Shown: piece by piece, positions 14,279-27,163 of the stretch
Numbering within the stretch: position 1 is the first letter of the stretch
Layout: each line of letters opens with the position of its first letter
Notes under the pieces: generated by a model
Database searches by the model: none
The model's input: only the letters and a program-made list of their open reading frames with translations
Told to the model about the DNA's origin: nothing
Program-made: the position numbers and the translations under genes
Source: Eledone cirrhosa
Lineage: Eukaryota
Length of the DNA: 64,000 bases
Direction: 5' to 3'
NCBI GenBank assembly: GCA_964016885.1
Contig: OZ024746.1
Location: 82,212,001 to 82,276,000, forward strand

Positions 14279-14975
14279 TAAATAGACTTCAGTCATAATC
14301 CAATAGGATCGTTACATAGAACAAATATCCCCACAAAAAATTATTAAAGACTGGAGGAAAAAATCAGATTAAGAATAGCATTGTTACGATGAATGTTTAT
14401 TTTTACACAATAATTCGAATTGTAGCTTAATATTTATCAGAGTTAGTCTCATAACAGTTTTAGAGGGTACTTTATCGAAACTGCCAATTTTGAAAATTTC
14501 AATTCACACAATTAGGTGCAATAAATGGCAGAAGACTTGTAGTCGCTAAATCTGACAGCATTGGAGATTTTACTTTAACACCAACTTGACAGTCTTCAAG
14601 TTTTTTCAGCGAGCGATTTTTCACCTTTTTCATTTCCACGTAAAATGCTTTTGTATCCAATTAACTGGTTATTGAAATATTCCTAAAAATTGTTTTTTAA
14701 GCATACCAAAGGATTAATTATTATAATTACTATACATGAAAACATTTCAAATATGTCGTTTTCTATTTTATGTTTTCATATGCTTCATTTTTTTCAAGAA
14801 CGCCTGAATGAACGACTTCTTTGTGAAAATATTTGTATTCTCTCTCTCTCTGACAAATAGTGTAATTTCAACAGCAAATTTTCATTGTAAAAAAAGATAA
14901 TTGGGCTAAATCAGAGATATTATCGGATAGAAATAGTTTTACTTCACTTTTAAACACCAATAGCCATCTCAAAGC

Positions 14976-15008
<33 letters not shown>

Positions 15009-15009
<1 letters not shown>

Positions 15010-17200
15010 TGCATTTATCTTGCTTTATGTTCATACGAGTTATCACCAAGTTACAACCAGTGACCTCAAGAGACAACAAGGTCCGCCATGTTCAAGAAAG
15101 AACATACATACACATGCATCTTTAGGTGTTTAGACTTGTGATGTACTTATATTGACAGAATCTTCCTTAGTATATGGGCAGTTCCCATTAGTACTATCTT
15201 TTGTATTTCTCCTATACGCGGGTTTCCTGGGATTTGCGATAAGTAATCATTAGACCCCTTAGGTATCATTCCTAGAGTGCCTACAACCACTGGTATTGTT
15301 TTAGTTCTCAATTTCCACATTTTTCCAATTTCTATCTCCAGGTCCTTATACTTGCTCAATTTTTCAAATGTTTTTATAGATACATTCTTGTCTATTGGAA
15401 CGGTCATATCAATTAGCAGGCATACCCTCTTTTTAAAGTCCTCCAGTATTATATCAGGTCTATTTGCATCTATTTTTCGGTCTGTTTGGATGCTAAAGTT
15501 CCACAAGATTGAGATGTGATCTTTTTCAAGTATGGGAGGTGGCTGATGCTCCCACCAATTCTTTTGATGAGGCAGGTCAAAATGCTTACATATTATCCAA
15601 TGTATGTATTGTGCAGCTCTGTCATGCCTGTTTAGGTATTCGGTTGGATCTATAGGACTGCACATTGAAATTATATGATCAATGGTCTCTGGTTGTTTTT
15701 TACATACACGGCATAATGGGTTGCATCCATTTTTTATTATGTTGGCTTGGTAATTTTTTGTTGGCAGACACTGATCTTGTTCTGATATAATCAGTCCTTC
15801 AGTCTCCGATTCCAGTCCAGAGGATGCCAACCACTGATGGGTTAAAGTTTTGTCAACATCAGGATTGTTAGCTCTTTCTGGTTATTTTCCATACAGAGGC
15901 TTTTCTTGCCATTTCTTAGCTTTTCTTGCCAGTATCTGTAGCAGTTCTTTCTTTTCAATTACCTTTACCTGCTTTGCTTTTTCTGTGTTTTCCATTTCAG
16001 CAGTAAATGGGACTTCTGAAATGTGTAGTCCATTACTGTATCTTTGTGCATCTTTTGTAATGGAGTATGATCTTTTGATACTTTCATGTTTCAAAACGAG
16101 TTTGATCATCCAATCATGTGATTCCCTTAGATATGTAGATAATCCAATTGTTGCAGTTTTCAACGCAATATCTAACTGGATTAACCCACGTCCTCCTTCT
16201 TTCCTAGGGAGATATATTCTATCTGTATCTGCCTTAGGATGATGCATTCTGTGCATGGTTAAGAATTTTCTAATTTTTGTATCGAGCCTACGGATCTCTG
16301 TGCTTGACCAGTTGATGACATTGTAACTGTAGGTTACTACTGGTATGGCAAGCGTGTTTATGGCATCGATCCTATTCCTTGCAGTCAATTCCGTTCTTAA
16401 GATTGCTCTTACTCTGAGGTAACATTCCTTCCTTATCCTTTCCCTCATTGTCGAGTGCTTGATTCCGTCTCCTTCACAAACACCTACATATTTGTAAGTT
16501 TCCTCTTGATCAAGTTCTCTTATCACATTCCCCCGATCAAGCCCGATCAAGATTAATGTCTGAACTTTTTAGCAGCTTTCCTCTGGTGAACGTTGCTTTG
16601 GTGCATTTATCTAGTCCAAACTCCATTTTAATGTCATCACTGAACTGCTTCACAGTGGATAATAGCCCTTGCAATTGTTCATCATTTTTTGCAAATAGTT
16701 TCAGGTCATCCATGTAGAACAGGTGATTAATGGTTTTGTCATAGACTTTATATCCATGTTTTGTTTCATTGAGCATTTTACTTAATGGTATAAGTGCGAT
16801 GCAGAATAAAAGTGGTGATAAAGAGTCACCCTGAAAAATTCCACAATTAATATTAACTTCTCCAGCTTCCAGTGATTTTGTTTCACTATTCAAAAGGAGT
16901 GTCGTTTTCCATGTCTTCATACTGAATGACAGGAACCTCCTGACAACGGGAGATATTTGGAAAATCTCTAAACATTTTTCAATCCAACTGTGTGGCAAAC
17001 TATCGAATGCTTTTTTTATAATCTATCCAAGCAATTGATAGATTTTTGTGTCTATTATGACAATCTTCCAATATCATTTTGTTAACCAAAAGCTGATCCT
17101 TACAGCCATATGAGCCTCGTTTACACCCTTCTGCTCATTGGGAAATAGATCATTTGTTATCAGGTGGTCATATGTATATTCAGTTAGGACTGATGTTAAA

Positions 17201-17202
<2 letters not shown>
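15009..17202 (-). mobile_element. 5'-truncated R4/Dong-like RLE LINE, family A, copy 2
   Basis: RT motifs GIFQGDSLSPLLF and YMDDLKL, knuckle CRVC..HIISMC, RLE RPD..IDMTVP..K..KY. Near-identical to 33477-35600. Both ends abut (ATT)n. Frameshifts include a 10-nt tandem duplication cccgatcaag near 16532-16551. Confidence 0.95.
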
Positions 17203-17278
<76 letters not shown>

Positions 17279-17488
17279 GGCGACCTACGTAGTAAATCGT
17301 ATCATCGTGAGCTCCGCAAAGGTTTGTTATTTCTGTTTGTTAAAAATTGCCATTTATGGAAAATTTTTATTGTTAACTATATATAAGCGCACATACATTG
17401 TTTTCCGAAAAGGACACCCAAAAAGATTGGGGCCTTGTGCCCAAAATTTAAACTTTTATGATTATCAAAAAATTTCTTTGAAAAAAAA

Positions 17489-19492
17489 ATGGCTAATTCA
17501 CCACTGCACCAAGCAGCTGAAAGCCTTTCTCACAAATTAACACCTCACACCGACACCACCATTGTAAATGTTACTACGTTTGCCAACACTAAAAAAAATA
17601 TAAGCAGTAGCAATATTTTAAATTTGTCTCAGGCAGACATTCATTTCCCGCCATTACCAATGACTGCAGGTGTTAAAGCCTCCACCACCACCACCACCGC
17701 GACAACCACCACCCCCACCACCACGACAACAGAAACAAAAGAAGAAAAAAATAAATTAACTCGTGATGTCGAAATGAAATCAAGCAAAATGGACTCTTCC
17801 CCACCAAAGACGACTGACGTCACCACCACCACAACTGAAACTAAAATTAATAATAACAAAAATAACGATAGCAACAACAACAACAATGACATTAAAAAAA
17901 CCACCCTCAGTTTTGCCAGAGTAGCAAAACATTTCGAAGCATTTACGGTAACTCAGGAGGATTTAGAAAATGCCAAACAAATGGTAAAGAAAGATGGGTA
18001 CAGGGTCAGCCTCACCCACCCACCCACCCCAGCCCCCACCTAATAAAATGGAGCATCGGCGCCTATGCACCGTGTCGTATCGAACAATAAATGTAAAATC
18101 GCGCCGAGTGGAACGGGCATCCGAGTCCCAAATCCAAAAAGCTTTGGGACATGTGTGGGCAAGAAAAACCCACATCAGACGTGGGCAGAAGTATGGAACC
18201 GTGGACGTGTTCTTTGAAACACCAGAGGAGGCTAGAGAACACTCCATGGCCCCATTAAGAAGTGACGACTTCACACTCGTCCCAAGCTATTGTGGCCAGA
18301 GACTCGTAAAGATCAGGGTGACCCACGTTCCACCGGCCATCGAAATTCCCTGGCTAATAGCGGCCGTCCTCTCCGCCATCGAAGCCAACACAAAAATAAT
18401 AGCAATAGCAAAAGAAAAGCAGGAGAACTGGTCCGGATCTGGGATGGAGCTCCTGATCCAAGCGGACCAAAAAAGCATTGAGGAGATCCCAGAGGTAATA
18501 GACCTCACTGACGGCAGCCACCTCACCGTAATTGTCGAGGGCAGAAGGCCTAGGTGTGTCGTTTGTGGTGAAGGAACCCACCTAAGGGCTTTCTGCCCTC
18601 AGGCTAAAAGGTTGAGGCCACCTCTCCTACCCACCCCAGTGACACAACCATCAACACCACCAGTAGCAGAGATGGCAGCAACAAATGTAGCAGCAACAAC
18701 AGAAGCAACTATAACAGCAACAACCCCAGCAACAGTAGCAAAACCAACACCACCACCACCAGCAAAACCAACACCACCACCACCCAACGCTTCAGAACGA
18801 GCACCAGCGCCTACACCATCCACCACCCCGCAACCAAAACTAACGCCTGTGGAGGATTTTCCACTCCCCGGTCTATCACAACTGGAGACAGATTGTGACC
18901 ACGAGGAGTGGGAAACGGTATCAGGGAAAAAAAAAGAAACCAAAAAAGAAAAAGTTCTCTTCCTTCCCCCTCCAAAAACAAAATACAGAGGGAAACAAAT
19001 AAATTAACAAACAAAAAAGTTAGGACAGATATGCTACCATCCACACCAGCATCACCAACCCCATCAACCCAAACACCAACACCATCACCATCATTAACCC
19101 CAACACCACCATCACCTACACCACAAAAGTCACCAAAATGCGAAACAGAAACAAACCCACAACAAACGCAAACAAAACAAAACAACCAAAACGATACACA
19201 CTACACAGCATTAAATTTGAGCAACAAGCAATTATTACACTACATCCAACACAACACCAGCATCACAGAAAAAGACTACACAACAACCCAAAAATTCACA
19301 CCACCTCCACACATACAAATCACTCGCATCACACAGAAAACGTACATGACACTAAAAAAAAAATTCCCCAAAGACATCGGAGACTTCCGACAAGCACTCT
19401 CCAGGAGGATTTATAAGGACATCCTTCCTGAGGAGGCCACAAGCAGTGAAAAGGATGGAAAAACCGTCCTTCCCCTACGAGAAGTAATGTAA
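17489..19492 (+). pseudogene. Tx1-like ORF1 (gag-like), split by two frameshifts
   Basis: Overlapping ORFs 17489-18043, 17994-19007 and 18908-19492 shift at C-rich and A-rich runs. They contain a CX2CX4HX4C knuckle (CVVCGEGTHLRAFC), the Tx1-type WETV..KKK motif and Pro/Thr-rich linkers. Confidence 0.8.
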
Positions 19493-19526
19493 GTGGTCTT
19501 TCCCATCTTTTCCACTCCTTTTCAAC

Positions 19527-22500
19527 ATGACCTCACTCAGAATAGGCAGCATAAATGCGCGTGGCTTGGGGTCGTCATGGAAGCAGGGCCACCTGCTCAA
19601 CGACCTCAGGTCACTAAACATAGATGTAGTGGCCATCAGCGAGACCAGAATCTCGGAAGCACGGGCTTTCGCACCGATCTTCGGCGGCTACGATGTGTAC
19701 GCATCTCCCAGCCGTCCGGGATCGGGGGGAGGAGTTGCTGTGCTTTTTCGGAGAGGTTTGGATCTTGCCATACGGGCCATCTTCCTGGACCCAGAAGGTA
19801 AGTTGGTGGTGCTGGACGTGACCAGCAGAGACGGGCAAGCTTTCAGGTTAGTGGCCGTCTATGCCCCGACAGGAGCAGGGCGGCCTGATTTCTTCCGGCG
19901 TCTGGATACCTTTCTTGGAACGTCCCGCTCTTTAGTGTTAGTGGGCGACTGGAACGGGATCTTAGATGCACGCTGGGATTGTGTGGGATTAGTGGATAGG
20001 GAAGGAGGGTGCAAGAGCCTCACCAACCTGCTCAGGCGTTTTGAACTGTCTGACAGGTACCGATTGGATTTCCCGAATGTGCCAATGTGGACTTGGACAA
20101 ATCGCATAGGGTCATCCAGATCATATCTAGATAGAGTATTTTGTAGGGAAATAGATAGGTCTAGCATAGGCTGTCCACAATTCAAGATAGTCAGCTACAC
20201 GGACCACAAATTCGTGATCTGTGTGCTTGACTTAGATAGGCTTCATAGACGAGGACCCGGCTACTGGAAGCTAAACGCGTCCTTACCAGCGCACAAGGCC
20301 TATAGAGACCGGATTAGCGAACTAGTTAAGCGGGCGTTGACGGGGGCCATCGTCAACAACAAGTGGTGGTTTGCCCTGAAAAGAGCGATTAGAATAGAAT
20401 CCATTAGGTTTAGTAAGACTTTAGCAATAGAGAAAAATAGAGCAGAGGGAGAATTAGTTAGAAAATTAGACGAGGCGCTTAGCACAGGCATCGCGACCGA
20501 CGTACTTGCGGCGAAATTGGCCCTCGACCAATTCTTCAATGCAAAGCACGGAGGCTGCGTTGTCAGAGCTAGGGTGCGTGCTCTCAGACACGAGGGGACG
20601 AAAGCCGTTCAATGGGCCCGAGTGGCGGAGGCGCGTCGGGGCAATAAAGCCACGATCCGGTCTTTGGTGGACCACGACGGGCGCATGCTACTCGATCCCG
20701 GGCAAATGTGTGAAGCTTTTCAGCGACACTTCGCTCAACTGTTCGGGGGTAGTGGCGGGCCGGATCGAGGGATGGACTTTAGTGTCTACCTCGACGGACT
20801 GCCGCGGCTCTCGGCCACTGAGGCGGAGTGTTGCGAAAAGCCGATAACAACCGCTGAAGTACGGGAGGCAATGACTGGCTGCACAAGGGGTAAATCGCCT
20901 GGTTTGGATGGTCTGCCCTATGAACTTTACGTACAAATGCCAGACTTGTTCGGAGGCCTCTTGGCGGACGTCTACTGCAACTGGCAACAGAACGGGAGAA
21001 TTCCCAGCTCTGTGAGCCGAGGAGCTGTGGCGCTACTGAGAAAGGATCCGAACAAGGGGGATAACATAGATAATTTTAGGCCCATAACTCTGCTAAACAC
21101 AGAGTTCAAGATTTTGGCCAAGGTGCTAGCAAAGAGGTTGGCGCTTGTCGTTGGTGGTCTGGTGGGAGAGGCACAGACATGCGCCATTTCCGACAGATCC
21201 ATCCACGACAACCTCCACCTCATGCGATACATCGTAGAGAGGGTAGCTAGGGAACCTGGCACGGGTGGGTCTTTGATCAATTTAGATCAGTCGAAAGCCT
21301 TCGATAGGGTCGACAATCGTTACCTAGCGGCAGTCCTGAGGGCGGCTGGCTTTGGACCCGTCTTCAGAGGCTGGATCGCTGCCATGTACAGCGACATCTG
21401 CTCTGTAGTGAGAGTGAACGGTAACCTTTCGGAACCGTTCAACATCATGCGCTCGTTCCGCCAAGGATGTCCCCTCTCGTCCCTCTTGTACGTATTGACT
21501 CTCGAGCCATTACTGCACAAACTGGAGACGTTGAGGGGCGTCCCGCGCGAACTAGGATGCGGAAGATCCGTGTCGGCATAAGCGGACGATGTCACCGTAG
21601 TGGTGTCGAACGCCAAACACATCGAGGCGATCGGCACTACACTAAGAGAATACGAAGCGGTTACAGGAGCAATGATCAACCAGGAAAAGTCAGTGGGCCT
21701 GCAGCTCGGCACCTGGAGAGGCAGGTCCATGCCGTCCAACAGCGTCGTCGGACGCTGGACGGACGGACCGGTTAAATTGCTAGGGGTCTGGTTCGGTCCG
21801 GACCTCCAGACGGACAAAAACTGGGACGAGGTGACGAGCAGGGTGGCTTCTCTCACCCAGAAATGGGCGGAGAGGAAGCTATCCCTGAAAGGTCGAGCGG
21901 AGGTGGCTAACGCGTACATCGCGTCCGTCATCTGCTACCGCCTGACCGTCGTACCTTGTCCTAAGCCTCGCCTGACTGCGCTGGAGCGTTTGCTCTTTCG
22001 CTTTTTGTGGAAGGGACGCGCTCCGATGGTCAGGCAGTCCATCTGTTGTCAACACCCGCTACGTGGAGGGCTGGGCATGCCGTGATGATGCGCAGGCACG
22101 CGCTCAGGCTACGACATCTCCACCTCTTCCTCGACGGTGATCAGGTGTGGTCGCCGTTTGCTAGACACGTATTTCCCCAGCTCGTTTCCTTGACGGAGCT
22201 GCATCCTGGGTCAAGCGAAGACCGAGAGGGAGCGCCTGGAGACTGGAATGTCTCCAGGCGCTCACAGCCCTCGACCAATCGGGCAATGTGATCGGTGGAA
22301 ACTCCACCTCGGCGTTCTATAGAGGATTAGTGGAGGGGAAGAGCGACGACGTACTTGGGGAAACTCTAGGCGTCGACGAAAATCAACTAGCCAATCTCTT
22401 CGGAAGAACTTTCGGGCCAGGACCTATGGACAACTTCCAGAAATCTCTGGCCTGGCAGTGCTACCGAGGAGCCTTGCCAGTTCGGGATAAACTCTACAGG

Positions 22501-22941
22501 CATGGAGGTGCCGTCAGCCGGGCATGTCCGAGATGCGCGCAGGGCGACGAAACCGTCCTGCACGCACTCGTCCAGTGTCTGAAAATTGCTGACTTGTGGG
22601 TTTATGTCGAACACCTGCTGTCGCGTTTAGGACGGATCCGGCTATCATCTGAGTCCATCGTGAGGATTGCCCCGCCCTCCTCCTTTAGCCGGGAAGGGCA
22701 GGCAGTTTTTATCTGTCTGGTGGCCATGGCGAAAGAGATAGTATGGTGGACACGTTTGAAAGGGCTGAAGACGAGCACTTACCTCTTCGGTGATGCTCTG
22801 ATTGACTTTTTCAAATTTCATTTGAAAAGGAAAATCAGAGTAGAGAGGGAAGTGCTCTCTTCCCAGCATTTTGTTGAAAGATGGGTGAGAGAAGCAAGAA
22901 TGGCCCGAGTGAATGGGCCTACTCTGAGTATATATCTGTAA
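19527..22941 (+). pseudogene. Tx1-like ORF2: APE endonuclease, reverse transcriptase and C-terminal zinc finger, disrupted
   Basis: APE motifs SINARGL, SET, GDWN, YLDR, YTDH. RT motifs KSPGLDG, FRPITLLN, DQSKAFDRV, RQGCPLS. Catalytic YADD reads *ADD (TAA at 21579-21581). Frameshifts near 22082 and 22205. C-terminal CPRC..ETVLHALVQC. Confidence 0.93.
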
Positions 22942-23189
22942 ATTAAAGGTGGAAAACTGGGAGAGGGCACTTGCCTTGGTGGTCAGGGTCATTGTGGCCT
23001 TTTACTGGGCTTTCTCCACAAATGTCCCTCCGAAGTCTCCCCCCTATTGGGGAATTTTTCATTGTTATTTTTTGTTACATCCTCTGTTTTTGTTTTTTAC
23101 ACGCAGAAATGCCCATTTGTGCCGTACTGTATTGTCCTGCACTGTCCTTAATGTCTACTTTATGTAAACCCTTGTGGTTAATAAAGAAA

Positions 23190-23221
<32 letters not shown>

Positions 23222-23234
23222 GTTGTTATTATTA

Positions 23235-23620
23235 TTGGCAGAATTGATAAAGCATCGGACACCCTACTTCGCAGCATACAGTTACGTCCCTTTATGTTCT
23301 GAGATTAATTTTGCCTTTCATCCTTATGGGGTCGATAAAATAAAGTACCAGTAATGCACTGGGATAATTGCTGGCCTTGTACCAAAAGTAGAAACAATTA
23401 TTATTATTATTATTGTTATTATTATTATAGTAGAGCGGCGGATTGGCAGAATCGGTAGAGCATCGGATCACATGCTTCGCAGCATAGAATTGCGGCCCTT
23501 TACGTCTTAGTTCAGATCTCGCCGCGGTTGGCTTTGCCTTTCATCCTTACGGGGTCGATAAATAAATACCAGTAATGCATTTTTAATTGACTTTGCTCTC
23601 CCCTTCAAATTGCTGGCGTT
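23235..23620 (+). mobile_element. Two tandem tRNA-derived SINE copies
   Basis: Copies at about 23235-23400 and 23434-23620, separated by (ATT)n. Confidence 0.8.
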
Positions 23621-23933
23621 GTTACAGGCTTCCTTGAGAGGGCGAGTATCAGTTTTCGCAGCATTGATGTTTATTCCAGCCATGCAGCACTCGGCATCAA
23701 ACCTATCAAGTGCATGTCTGATATCACCTTCTTACGAGTTAAGTAATACCATGTCGTCTGAAAATTCCAACCGACTGATCCTACACCCGCCAGTCGTGAT
23801 ATTACTTCCAGCCTGGTTACGCATGTCAATCCTGTTCTTCATGAAATATGTCAATGTTATTAAGAGAATTATACACACCATAAAATCAAGATTCTTGTCC
23901 AGATATACAACAAACTAACTAATCCTTCCTTTA

Positions 23934-23946
<13 letters not shown>

Positions 23947-24005
<59 letters not shown>

Positions 24006-24025
24006 ATAATAATAAATTATATTAT

Positions 24026-24089
<64 letters not shown>

Positions 24090-24109
24090 ATAATAATAAA
24101 TTATATTAT

Positions 24110-24171
<62 letters not shown>

Positions 24172-24191
24172 ATAATAAATTATATTATTAC

Positions 24192-24268
<77 letters not shown>

Positions 24269-24277
24269 ATAATAATA
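23947..24277. repeat. Compound (TA)n array with repeated near-palindromic spacer
   Basis: Spacer TAGTAATAATAATAAATTATATTATTACTA, or a near copy, recurs three times between TA runs. Confidence 0.9.
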
Positions 24278-24360
24278 TCTGTAGTTTCAATTGTTCCCGT
24301 CACCCCCTGAGAAGTCGTGACCCACAGATTGAGAAACTCTACACCAGATTATGTCCTATA

Positions 24361-24550
24361 TACGAGGGTGGGCTGAAAAGTTCATAGGCTGACCAAGACA
24401 CTCTCAAGGAATGACTAAATGAGGTTTATTTTTCAACATAATCCTTGGAAAGAAACAATGCAGTTATTAATAAAAAGAGTTAAAATGAATGGATGCAAGA
24501 TTTCACAGCTCTTTATAGTCGGTCTATGGACGTTTCAGCCTACCCTCGTG
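24361..24550. mobile_element. Tc1/mariner MITE
   Basis: TIRs TACGAGGGTGGGCTGAAAAGTTCATAGGCTGAC / GTCGGTCTATGGACGTTTCAGCCTACCCTCGTG with a TA at the left end. Confidence 0.8.
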
Positions 24551-24899
24551 CAATCCGGTATGTAAAATCTATTCAGAGGGGAATTGCATTTTCACTCACA
24601 GCTCCCTATGAGCACATGTTAAAACAAAGACTATCTGCCCAATAAATAAATCTACCTTTACAAACATTCTTTATTGACCACTCTCTGGCTTTCACCAATA
24701 CTTACAACGTTTGAATCCTTCCGCAAAGATAAGGCGGAAGAACCGCAAAGTTTGCTGGAAGAAGAGGAAACTGAGAAAATTGCGTTTACTTGAGGAGTTT
24801 TCCATTGTCTAAACTTAACTTCGTCAAAATCATTTTAATTTCCTGCCAATCGTTACTGCATATATTACATTGTAGTTAAAACTATGTGTACAGTGCTGG

Positions 24900-25028
<129 letters not shown>

Positions 25029-25754
25029 AAACATATATTACAATTTATTACAGTCTATAAAACTTCTCTCAAGGATAATTATCAATTTACTTTTTCTCCT
25101 TTCAGAATAAATATTATATTTATGAGAACCAATACTATTTTCAGTGGAATATAATAAATATTATAGTGACATTCTCTGAAGACATTTCATCCAATTCCGG
25201 CTCGAAACAAGTAATACACAATTCTTCTATATTGTAATTTTGATAGATTATTTTCAAAAATTAATCTTTATTTATCTATTTTTTATTTTTACTGAAAGTC
25301 AATATTTTTTAAGTTCTAAATAAAAATAAAAGTGGCCATTTTTATTTATACAAGAAAATACTTTCTTATTAGAAAGAATCAATCAAACTTAAATATAAGC
25401 GATCAAATAAAATTATTTCTTCCTCACTGCTCTCTAATTTATTTCTATGAAATTCTATGAAAAATCGGTAAATTGTACGGGTGTTATGTCATAGGTAGTC
25501 AAAATAGGGAAAATATATATATTTATATACCATTTATGTTTATATATACCATTTATGTTAGGCTGTATACCAATGGGTAGAACTGGTTGTTCCGGTTAGT
25601 AGACGATGATATAATAAATTAATTAAAACACTCAAGCAAATCATCCAGCGTAGATTAGTATCCCGTGGCTAGTGCAGGAACGGAGTTAAGTATTCATTAA
25701 AACAACAACAGAAGTCTGGGCTGGAAATTAACTTCAGAATTTTAATTCCACAAA

Positions 25755-25827
25755 AGCACTATATATATTTCGATGGCCCAGCCTTTTCCAATCATGATGC
25801 AAGATTTATACGATTTCATCAGGTGTT
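25755..25827 (-). ncRNA. Type I minimal hammerhead motif, degenerate stem II
   Basis: Minus strand reads aacac-CTGATGA-(44 nt)-GAAA-TATATA-TA-gtgct. Confidence 0.5.
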
Positions 25828-26374
25828 AATTGCAGAATTAGTTCCACAAGACAACAGGATTACGTCGAACACTAACAGAGAATAGAAAATAGAAAATAGA
25901 AACTATAGAGAACCGATTCGGGGAAAGCATGCCAAATCAATGTTATAGCCGTAGCAAGTGATATATTGATAGTCTGCGGTATTGGGACCGGGAAAACCAT
26001 AAATCAAAGAAGTACTCTATACATGGTATGAGTTAGAGTAGGTATATTAGTGAATGTAGAGGATCTACCGCGAGCTCAGTGAACTAGCCGAAACCGTCGA
26101 GCTCGCTGTAGATCCTCTACGTTCACTAATATATGTATATATATATTATAAAGTAAAATGACAGGAGACCGGACAAGTTGAATTCCCTTATCTATTTCTG
26201 CAAACGCTATGCACATTAATGAAACATTATAACAACAGGTTACCACGATCATTTCTGGGTCAAAACAAAAACAGACTTTTTTCTCCTCAGTTCTTTTCTT
26301 TGCTTTTTGTTTCCTTAAAGCCTCTTGGAATGTGTTTGCCATCATTCCAGTGGTATACAACTATTATGCAGTTT

Positions 26375-26432
26375 ACACCTGAAGATGTCACCGGGTTCTT
26401 AAGCAGCTTGGCCGCTGAAATGTGCATAGTGT
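26375..26432 (+). ncRNA. Type I minimal hammerhead motif
   Basis: acac-CTGAAGA-(ccgggtt/agcttgg stem)-GAAA-TGTGCA-TA-gtgt. It is the inverted homologue of 25755-25827. Confidence 0.55.
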
Positions 26433-26702
26433 TTGCAGAAATAAATAATTAAGGGAATTCAACTTGTCCGGCCTGCTGTCATTTTACTTTCCGTTCCCGT
26501 ACCACCAACATCAAAGATGGACGAGTTGTATAACGTCGAGTGCTTTTCTTATATTATGTCATGATTAACATTGCAGCATAACCAATTCTACCCAGTGGTG
26601 AACCATCAAATTTAAACGTATATATATATAACGAAGGAAGTGTGGTAAGGAACCAGATGGACCATAACGCACCAGAGTACTCAATACTTTCAATATATAC
26701 TT

Positions 26703-26773
<71 letters not shown>

Positions 26774-26859
26774 ATAAATTAACGGAGGCATAGGCCGTCG
26801 TTATTCCCTGTAAATAATGTGCTCAAAGGGGAAGAGATCCTGAGCCCTTTAAAATATAA

Positions 26860-27065
26860 TATGTTGAGAAGGTAACACACCAGAGAGAGATATATAGTGC
26901 GTTATCAATAATACAGGGGAAAAACCACCAGTGTATGGAATCTATAACCTATGAAAGGCAGACTATAGACACGATAATTAAAATAGATTCCATACACTGG
27001 TGGTTTTTTCCCTGTATTATTGATAACGCACTATATATCTCTCTCTGGTGTGTTACCTTCTCAAC

Positions 27066-27068
<3 letters not shown>
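26860..27068. repeat. Long inverted repeat, about 85-bp arms and 39-bp spacer, in TA context
   Basis: The arm atgttgagaaggtaacacacc..gtgtatggaatcta is mirrored by tagattccatacac..ggtgtgttaccttctcaacat. Confidence 0.9.
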
Positions 27069-27108
<40 letters not shown>

Positions 27109-27163
27109 ACTAGAAATTGATTGACATATATATATATATATATATATATCTAAAATAAACATG

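Larger units (their letters stand above)
17279..23191 (+). mobile_element. Near full-length Tx1/L1-clade non-LTR retrotransposon
   Basis: Two-ORF layout, AATAAA at 23180-23185, (ATT)n on both sides (17201-17278 and 23192-23236). Confidence 0.93.

Noticed and set aside
25165-25225. CTGAAGA..CGAAA spacing
   Set aside because: No pairing stem I or II.
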